NCBI GenBank assembly: GCA_043813875.1
Contig: JBDRKP010000014.1
Coordinates: 1-43,210 of the forward strand
DNA from: an archaeon
GTDB taxonomy: Archaea > EX4484-52 > B79-G9
Direction of reading: 5' to 3'
DNA: 43,210 nucleotides
Shown here: one piece after another, positions 36,943-43,210 of the stretch
How positions within the stretch are numbered: position 1 is the first letter of the stretch
How the letters are laid out: every line of letters begins with the position of its first letter
Position numbers and translations under genes: made by a program
Notes under the pieces: model-generated
What the model was told of the DNA's origin: nothing
Databases searched by the model: none
What the model saw: the letters and a program-made list of their open reading frames with translations, nothing else

Positions 36943-37545
36943 TCATCTTTTTACGTATCTTCCTCTTGTCCTTATCTGTGATAGTCTCTTCAGTACTGAA
37001 TCAGAGCCATCATAGTTCTTTTTATATGCATCTATCATGAATCCTAAGCCCTCTTCATACAAATCCGTGTGCGTCGAGTCCAGGGCCTCTTCAAAAAGAT
37101 GAATGTCAACGGCCTTTTTTTCTATGGAGTTTGATATGCTGCCAAGACCAAAGTCAAATATGTATATCTGATTCTTTTTCAAAATAAAGTTGCTGGTCGT
37201 GAGGTCGCCGTGGATTATGTCGTTTGAGTGCAGTTTCGCTATGATCTTTCCGATGCGCGCCATGATATCTTTGACATTTTCTTTTTTCAGTATGTCTTTT
37301 ACCCTATTCCCGGGAATGTATTCCATCACGATCTTGTTTTCATCTTTTGAAAGTACCTGTGGTACAGATATACCCCGCTCTCTTGATTTTTCCAGAAGTT
37401 TCGCTTCTGATCTTGTTCTCAGTTTCCTGATCTTCCTGTCAATGTCAGCCAGACGATAGCTTTTTTTAATCCGGTCTTTTGTTATTGTCCCTTTCTCTTC
37501 GTCGAGGTATATGTCTGCTTCTGCGCCCTGTTTTATCAACTTCAT
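36943..37545 (-). CDS. bud32: KEOPS complex kinase Bud32
   Basis: QGAEA, K.RIKKSYR, RTRSEAKLL, HGDLTTSN, DFGL, AVDIHL, RGRY C-terminus. Confidence 0.95.
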   Translation of the reverse strand: MKLIKQGAEADIYLDEEKGTITKDRIKKSYRLADIDRKIRKLRTRSEAKLLEKSRERGISVPQVLSKDENKIVMEYIPGNRVKDILKKENVKDIMARIGKIIAKLHSNDIIHGDLTTSNFILKKNQIYIFDFGLGSISNSIEKKAVDIHLFEEALDSTHTDLYEEGLGFMIDAYKKNYDGSDSVLKRLSQIRTRGRYVKR

Positions 37546-37630
37546 GTAAATCACACCACTAATTGCTTATTTAGGAAATATATTTAAAAAAGCATCTATC
37601 TCTGAGTATGGAATCTTATAAGAAAAAAAT

Positions 37631-37741
37631 GGGTGATCAGGGAATCCAAATCCTATATTTCAAGAATCTGGAAACTCCTTTCCGAAAGAATGTCTCCCTT
37701 ACTGAGACAGAGATTTCTTTCCTTGTGTTGGATTATCACCT
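37631..37741 (-). ncRNA. Candidate ~110-nt multibranch small RNA
   Basis: Nested stems GGTGAT/ATCACC and AATCCAA/TTGGATT closing three hairpins; minus-strand TATAAA about 25 nt upstream and a T7 run immediately downstream. Confidence 0.5.
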
Positions 37742-37843
37742 AGTCTATTTACTGTTCAACCCATTTATATGCTTTTGTATGATAATGTAGATATTTCTAG
37801 GGGTCGATATCCAGATATATAAATGCGATACTATATCAATATA

Positions 37844-39451
37844 TCAATATATCATCGATTTCGAGCGCAATACCCGATGATATGAAACCGCAAACCTGTG
37901 CGCTTCATCCCGGATCCTCTGAAGGAGATGCAATGCTTCTGAATCCGGATCCAGGATTGTCGGACTTTTTTTATCCGGCTGATATATCTCTTCGAATTCT
38001 TTTGCAAGGCCCAATATCTGTACGCCTGTTTTTTTCAGTGTATCAAGCGCCTCAAGGACCGCATTCAAATGACCTTTACCGCCATCGATTAATATGAGGT
38101 CTGGGACTTTGTGTTTTGAATATCTTCGCCCGATGACTTCCCGCATCATGGCGTAATCGTCTATACCTCTCACGGTCCGTATCCTGTATTTCCTGTATTC
38201 GTCTTTTTTTGGCTCTGCGTCCAGGAAAACAACCATAGAACCTGTTGCGTGTCTGCCTGAGATACTTGAGATGTCGAATGCTTCTATCCGCTTCGGTATC
38301 TTATCAAGGTCAAGCTCGTCTTTTAATGTGTTTAATGACTCGAGGTTTTTTATCTCTCGGTGCAGGTGTTCTTCAAGGCTCATTGATGCGTTTTTTTTCG
38401 CAAGTTGCAGCAGCTTGTATTTTTCGCCTTTTTTGGGGATTGTTATTTTTACTGATGTTTTTTTTTCTTTTGTAAGCCAGCCCTCTATTATGTCTTTGTC
38501 TTCTATCTCGCGGCTGATGAGTATGATGTCCGGGATTTCGTGTTTTGAGTAGTATTGCTTCAGGAATGAGTTAAGGACATTACCTTGGGTTGATCCTTTT
38601 TCTTTAAATGGGTAGCTCATCTTGCTTATGAGTGCACCTGAACGGATGAAGAGTAGCTGGACCATGATTGTGTCTTCAAGTTCCAGGGATGCGATGATGT
38701 CCATATTCTTGTTTTTTTGCGATACGATTTTCTGGGTGGTGGCAAGCATTTTTATGCCTTCTATCCTGTCGCGGTAGACTTTGGCTGCTTCGAATTCATT
38801 TTTTTTGGAATGGTCAAGCATCTCTTTTTTAAGATGCTTTATGAGTTCTGTGTTCTTTCCTGTGAGGAAGAGCATGAGGGCGTCTATGTTTTTTTTGTAT
38901 TGCTGTCTTGTGATTTTGTTTCTGCATGGAGCGCTGCATCGTTTTATGTCGTAGTTGAGGCATGGGCGGAGGCGTTTGAATATCTTGTCTTTGCATGTGC
39001 GGATGGCGAATATCTGGTTCAGGTATCTTAGGGTTTTTCTTATCTCGTGGATGTCTGTGTAGGGGCCGAAGTATTTTGAGCCTTTCTGGCCGAGCTTTCT
39101 TGTGATGAAGACGCGCGGGTAGTCTTCTTCCAGAGATATGCGGATGTAGGGGTAGGATTTGTCGTCTTTCAAGAGGATGTTGTATTTTGGATGGTGCTTT
39201 TTTATGAGGTTCGATTCGAGGATGAGAGCTTCAAGTTCGGTGTCTGTGAGCATGTATTCTAAGGAGTTTGCGGCATCCAGCATCATGCCTGTTTTTATTG
39301 AGTGTTGTTTTGTGTTCTGGAAGTATGATTTTACCCTGTTCTTTATGGATTTGGCTTTGCCGACGTAGATTATGCTGTCTTCTTTGTCTTTGAAGATGTA
39401 GATGCCAGGGCCTTGGGGGGGATTTTTGAGGTCTATGTTTTCGGGATGCAT
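37844..39451 (-). CDS. uvrC: Excinuclease ABC subunit C (no C-terminal HhH domain)
   Basis: GIY-YIG (PGIY...IYVGKAK), KDDKSYPY, Cys cluster, IEAFDIS, DDYAMM, PDLILIDGGKGH, RIRDEAHRFA. Confidence 0.97.
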   Translation of the reverse strand: MHPENIDLKNPPQGPGIYIFKDKEDSIIYVGKAKSIKNRVKSYFQNTKQHSIKTGMMLDAANSLEYMLTDTELEALILESNLIKKHHPKYNILLKDDKSYPYIRISLEEDYPRVFITRKLGQKGSKYFGPYTDIHEIRKTLRYLNQIFAIRTCKDKIFKRLRPCLNYDIKRCSAPCRNKITRQQYKKNIDALMLFLTGKNTELIKHLKKEMLDHSKKNEFEAAKVYRDRIEGIKMLATTQKIVSQKNKNMDIIASLELEDTIMVQLLFIRSGALISKMSYPFKEKGSTQGNVLNSFLKQYYSKHEIPDIILISREIEDKDIIEGWLTKEKKTSVKITIPKKGEKYKLLQLAKKNASMSLEEHLHREIKNLESLNTLKDELDLDKIPKRIEAFDISSISGRHATGSMVVFLDAEPKKDEYRKYRIRTVRGIDDYAMMREVIGRRYSKHKVPDLILIDGGKGHLNAVLEALDTLKKTGVQILGLAKEFEEIYQPDKKSPTILDPDSEALHLLQRIRDEAHRFAVSYHRVLRSKSMIY

Positions 39452-39473
39452 ATGTTATTGTTGGTGGGAATAG

Positions 39474-39616
39474 AAATTAAAGTTTGGATATCTGGAGTCA
39501 ACAAGTGAAATTCTTTCTGATCCTGAATTAAGGAAGGAAGCGTTAAAAGGAAAAGAGCATGCAAAGGCAGGAAATACTAAAAAGCTGCTGATATTAAAAA
39601 GGAACTTGGATTTTAG
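39474..39616 (+). pseudogene. Remnant of a type II antitoxin-like gene
   Basis: YLESTSEILSDPELRKEALKGKEHAKAGNTK, then a frameshift in an A-run to AADIKKELGF*; no start codon. Confidence 0.55.
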
Positions 39617-39622
39617 AAATAA

Positions 39623-42478
39623 TCATATTCTATCTTTCTCTTTTTCGAAGAACTTTTTTAGGAACTGGCCTGTGTAGGATTTGTAGGATTTCGATACCTG
39701 TTCAGGTGTGCCTTCGGCTATTACCTTTCCGCCGGCATCGCCGCCTTCAGGGCCGAGGTCGATTATGTAGTCTGCGCATTTGATGACGTCGAGGTTGTGC
39801 TCGATGACTATGACTGTGTCGCCGTTGTCGACCAGCTGGTTGAGGACTTTCAGGAGTTTCTTTATGTCGTCGAAATGGAGGCCTGTGGTCGGCTCGTCAA
39901 GGATGTAGATTGTCTTTCCGGTGCCTCGCTTGCATAGCTCTGATGCTAGCTTTATCCGCTGGGCTTCGCCGCCGGATAGTGTTGTTGATGACTGGCCGAG
40001 CTTTATGTAGCCGAGGCCCACGTCGTATAGAGTGTCAAGTTTCTTTTTTATGCGAGGGAGGTTCTTGAAGAAGTCTCTTGCTTCTTCTACGGTCATGTCT
40101 AGGACGTCTGCAATGTTTTTTTCCTTGTAGTAGATGGATAATGTCTCGCGGTTGTATCTTTTGCCGTTGCATACTTCGCAGGGGACGTAGATGTCGGGCA
40201 GGAAGTGCATCTCGATCTTTATCATGCCGTCACCGTCACAGGCTGAGCATCTGCCGCTTGAGACGTTGAAGCTGAACCTGCCGGGAGCGTAGCCGCTGAC
40301 TTTCGCATCTGTGGTGCTTGAGAATAATTCGCGGATGTAGGTGAATACGCCGGTGTAGGTCGAGGGGTTGGAGCGCGGGGTTCTTCCTATGGGGGACTGG
40401 TCTATCAGGACGACCTTGTCCACGTTCTGGAGGCCTTTGATGCGCTCGTGCCTGCCCGGAATCTCTTTTGTCCTGTAGAGGCTGACCATGAGGCCTTTGT
40501 ATAATATGTCGTACACGAGACTGCTTTTTCCTGAGCCTGAGACGCCTGTGACGCATGTGAAGACGTTCAAGGGGAAGACGACGTTTATGTCTTTCAGGTT
40601 GTTTTCTTTGGCGCCTATGACCTCCAGGTGATTTTTCGAGCACCTGTAAGTCTTTGGGGTCTCTATCTTCTTTTTGCCTGAGAGGTACTGGCCTGTCAGT
40701 GAGTTCCCGTTATTTAAGATGGATTCGAGATCGCCTTGTGCGACCACAATTCCACCGTGGATGCCTGCATGCGGACCGATGTCGATTATGTGGTCTGCCG
40801 AGCGGATCATCTCTTCGTCGTGCTCGACTACTATCACTGTGTTTCCGAGGTCCCTTAGTCTTGTGAGGGTGTTTATCAGTTTCTGGTTGTCTCTTTGGTG
40901 GAGGCCGATCGATGGCTCGTCGAGGATATAGAGGACTCCGACGAGGTTCGATCCGATCTGGGTCGCAAGGCGTATCCTCTGGGCTTCGCCGCCGGATAGT
41001 GAACCTGATGAGCGCGAGAGGGTAAGATAATTGACTCCGACGTCGTTTAAGAATGTAAGGCGGGCTTTTATCTCTTTTAATATGAGGTTTGCGATGAGAT
41101 GCTCTCTTTCGCTGAGTTTCAATGTCTCTATGAATTCCAGCGCCTGTTTGCATGAGAGGTCACTGTATTCTGCGATCGAAAGGCCGCCTACAGTCACGTG
41201 TAGCACTTCGCTTTTCAATCGTTTGCCACCGCAGGCAGGGCAAAGCTTATCGGTCATGTATTTTTCTATCTCGCGGCGGCGGTAGTCTGATTTTGTTTCC
41301 TTGTGGAGGCGCATCATCTGGGATATCACGCCTTCGAAGCCGCCGTAGTGTTCCCAGTGCGCGGGCGTGGTTTTTGCCTGGAAATGATAGTGTATCTTAT
41401 CCTCTGTGCCGTAGAGGAGGAGATCAAGATGCTCTTTTTTCAGGTCTTTTATCTGTGTGTCTAGGTCGAATCCATAGTGGTCGGCGACTGATCGTATCAT
41501 CTGGCCGCGGAAGCCGAAGACCTGGGTCTTCCATGGATGGATCGCCCCTTCGTTTATTGTGAGTGTATTGTCGGGTATGACGAGGTCGGGGTCTATCTCG
41601 AATTTGTTGCCAAGGCCGTGGCATTCGGGGCATGCGCCGTAGGGGTTGTTGAATGAGAACATGCGCGGAGTGAATTCGGGGAGATTGATGTCGCATTTGG
41701 GGCATGCGAAGTGCGAGCTGTATAGTTTTTCATTGTCGCCGGTTTTTACGATTATGAGCCCGTCTGAGAGTTTTAGGGCTTTCTGTACCGCGTCAAAGAG
41801 CCTTGATGAGATGTCGTCACCCATCACGAGCCTGTCGACTATGACTTCGATGTCGTGCTTTTTTTGCCTGTCGAGCTCGAATTCTTCGCCTATGTCGTAT
41901 AGGATGCCGTCTATCCGGACTCTTGAGTATCCTTTTTTTGCCAGGTCTTTTACGTATGTGGCGTATTCTCCTTTCTTCTGGCGGACGACTGGGGAGAGGA
42001 TCATCAGTTTTGTGCCTTTTTTTATCGCCATTATCTTTTCTGTTATCTCTTCTGAGGTCTGCTTTTTTATCGGGTCGCCACACTGGGGGCAGTGGGCTAT
42101 CCCGATCCTTGCGTAGAGTAGCCTAAGATAGTCATGGATCTCGGTCACTGTGCCTACAGTTGATCTTGGGTTGTTTGAGATGCTTTTCTGCTCGATTGAT
42201 ATCGCCGGTGAGAGGCCTTCTATGGAGTCGACGTCGGGCTTGTTCATGAGGCCGAGGAACTGGCGCGCGTAGGCGGACAATGATTCGACGTAGCGCCTCT
42301 GGCCTTCGGCGTAGATGGTGTCGAAGGCGAGCGAGGATTTGCCTGAGCCGGAGAGGCCGGTGATCACTGTGAACCTGTCTCTTGGGATGCTTACGTCTAT
42401 GTTCTTTAGATTGTGCTCGCGGGCGCCTTTGATTATTATCATGTCTTTCTTGTTTTGACTCAGGTCTTTTTCATTCAT
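39623..42478 (-). CDS. uvrA: Excinuclease ABC subunit A
   Basis: [18 protein letters not shown], two LSGGEAQRI signatures, GVSGSGKSS, zinc fingers; ATG 42478 preferred. Confidence 0.98.
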   Translation of the reverse strand: MNEKDLSQNKKDMIIIKGAREHNLKNIDVSIPRDRFTVITGLSGSGKSSLAFDTIYAEGQRRYVESLSAYARQFLGLMNKPDVDSIEGLSPAISIEQKSISNNPRSTVGTVTEIHDYLRLLYARIGIAHCPQCGDPIKKQTSEEITEKIMAIKKGTKLMILSPVVRQKKGEYATYVKDLAKKGYSRVRIDGILYDIGEEFELDRQKKHDIEVIVDRLVMGDDISSRLFDAVQKALKLSDGLIIVKTGDNEKLYSSHFACPKCDINLPEFTPRMFSFNNPYGACPECHGLGNKFEIDPDLVIPDNTLTINEGAIHPWKTQVFGFRGQMIRSVADHYGFDLDTQIKDLKKEHLDLLLYGTEDKIHYHFQAKTTPAHWEHYGGFEGVISQMMRLHKETKSDYRRREIEKYMTDKLCPACGGKRLKSEVLHVTVGGLSIAEYSDLSCKQALEFIETLKLSEREHLIANLILKEIKARLTFLNDVGVNYLTLSRSSGSLSGGEAQRIRLATQIGSNLVGVLYILDEPSIGLHQRDNQKLINTLTRLRDLGNTVIVVEHDEEMIRSADHIIDIGPHAGIHGGIVVAQGDLESILNNGNSLTGQYLSGKKKIETPKTYRCSKNHLEVIGAKENNLKDINVVFPLNVFTCVTGVSGSGKSSLVYDILYKGLMVSLYRTKEIPGRHERIKGLQNVDKVVLIDQSPIGRTPRSNPSTYTGVFTYIRELFSSTTDAKVSGYAPGRFSFNVSSGRCSACDGDGMIKIEMHFLPDIYVPCEVCNGKRYNRETLSIYYKEKNIADVLDMTVEEARDFFKNLPRIKKKLDTLYDVGLGYIKLGQSSTTLSGGEAQRIKLASELCKRGTGKTIYILDEPTTGLHFDDIKKLLKVLNQLVDNGDTVIVIEHNLDVIKCADYIIDLGPEGGDAGGKVIAEGTPEQVSKSYKSYTGQFLKKFFEKEKDRI

Positions 42479-42658
42479 GGATTTATATTGTGCTGTCAAT
42501 AGATTTAAAAAATCATGTAATCTCGAGACAATTGGGGGATTACAAGCTTTTTTATCGCCGGGATATGCATTATATGCGATAAAAAATCGTGGGGATTGAT
42601 ATGCCGATATCTGGTGGAACAGGAAGAGTATAAATATCTGCCGAAATAAGTTTGGGAT

Positions 42659-43210
42659 ATGAATTCAAATGGCATATATCGTTACTTCAAGGACATATTA
42701 TGTTTGGATGATTCCAAGTTTGATGCCAAGGATGGAAAACTTGTGATTGAAGGCAAATCTTCATTTAATATCCCGACTGTTCAACATATTCTTTACGCAT
42801 TAAAAGGCGAAAGTACAGGAAAATTGGAAGCGATTACTTACGAGAAGTCCCTGAAAACATTAGGTTTCCTGGAATATCTTGGTGCTGAAAATGATGAAAT
42901 AAAGGAATTATCCACGAATCTATCAGATATTAAAAATAATATCACGAGTATAGAAAATAAGAAAAAAGATGAAGCAAAGGATATTGCAGAAAAATGGTAC
43001 AATAAGATATCGTATCGATTTATGGGGAAAACAGACGATGAATATATCAACGAACAAAAGAACAATCTGCTTTCTAAGGATGAACAATATACGCAATATT
43101 GTAGTGAACTCGATGAACTTGCGAAACGATTTGACGATATCGTCTCAGGGATGCCAAAAGAGATAACCGTGAACGGCGGCCATGTAAAAATTGGCGACAT
43201 TAATAAAACA
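42659..43210 (+). CDS. Hypothetical protein, 3'-truncated by the window edge
   Basis: [18 protein letters not shown]... open for 184 codons to the end of the window; TATAAATA about 25-30 nt upstream. Confidence 0.75.
   Translation, partial: MNSNGIYRYFKDILCLDDSKFDAKDGKLVIEGKSSFNIPTVQHILYALKGESTGKLEAITYEKSLKTLGFLEYLGAENDEIKELSTNLSDIKNNITSIENKKKDEAKDIAEKWYNKISYRFMGKTDDEYINEQKNNLLSKDEQYTQYCSELDELAKRFDDIVSGMPKEITVNGGHVKIGDINKT

Noticed and set aside
37608..37790. 60-aa + strand ORF
   Set aside because: No motif or SD; it overlaps the structured RNA candidate, which has promoter and terminator signals on the other strand.
1..43210. Numerous short overlapping or antisense ORFs in the track (e.g. 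11857-12402, 15015-15689, 30334-30786, 41646-42116)
   Set aside because: They lie on the opposite strand or in alternative frames of well-supported genes and show no motifs.

Overview
Archaeal genomic window, most consistent with a DPANN lineage (PolB3, HMf-type histone, Dph5, Trm5, Bud32, split ADP-forming acyl-CoA synthetase, class III signal-peptide pilin, tRNAs with non-canonical BHB introns); the taxonomy is inferred from gene content only. Recognisable genes include argG/argH, polB, acdA/acdB, an RbgA-like GTPase, a radical SAM protein, a Na/Ca antiporter, an Lrp regulator, dph5, trm5, bud32, uvrC and uvrA, interspersed with AT-rich ORFans and two large cell-surface proteins, one carrying six 6-Cys repeats. 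A single-ORF IS66 element (24656-26076, 8-bp target duplication) is nested inside an ISNCY-type IS (23929-26485). Features missing from the ORF track: two tandem tRNA-Pro genes with three non-canonical introns, a zinc-ribbon microprotein, an antitoxin remnant, and an unusually dense set of structured intergenic elements (C/D-box-like sRNA at 17.0 kb, pseudoknot at 23.2 kb, multi-hairpin RNA at 23.7 kb hit by the IS, further candidates at 19.2, 30.3 and 37.6 kb). Strand composition flips from A/C-rich to G/T-rich at roughly 19-26.5 kb. All calls are made by eye; no database search was run.
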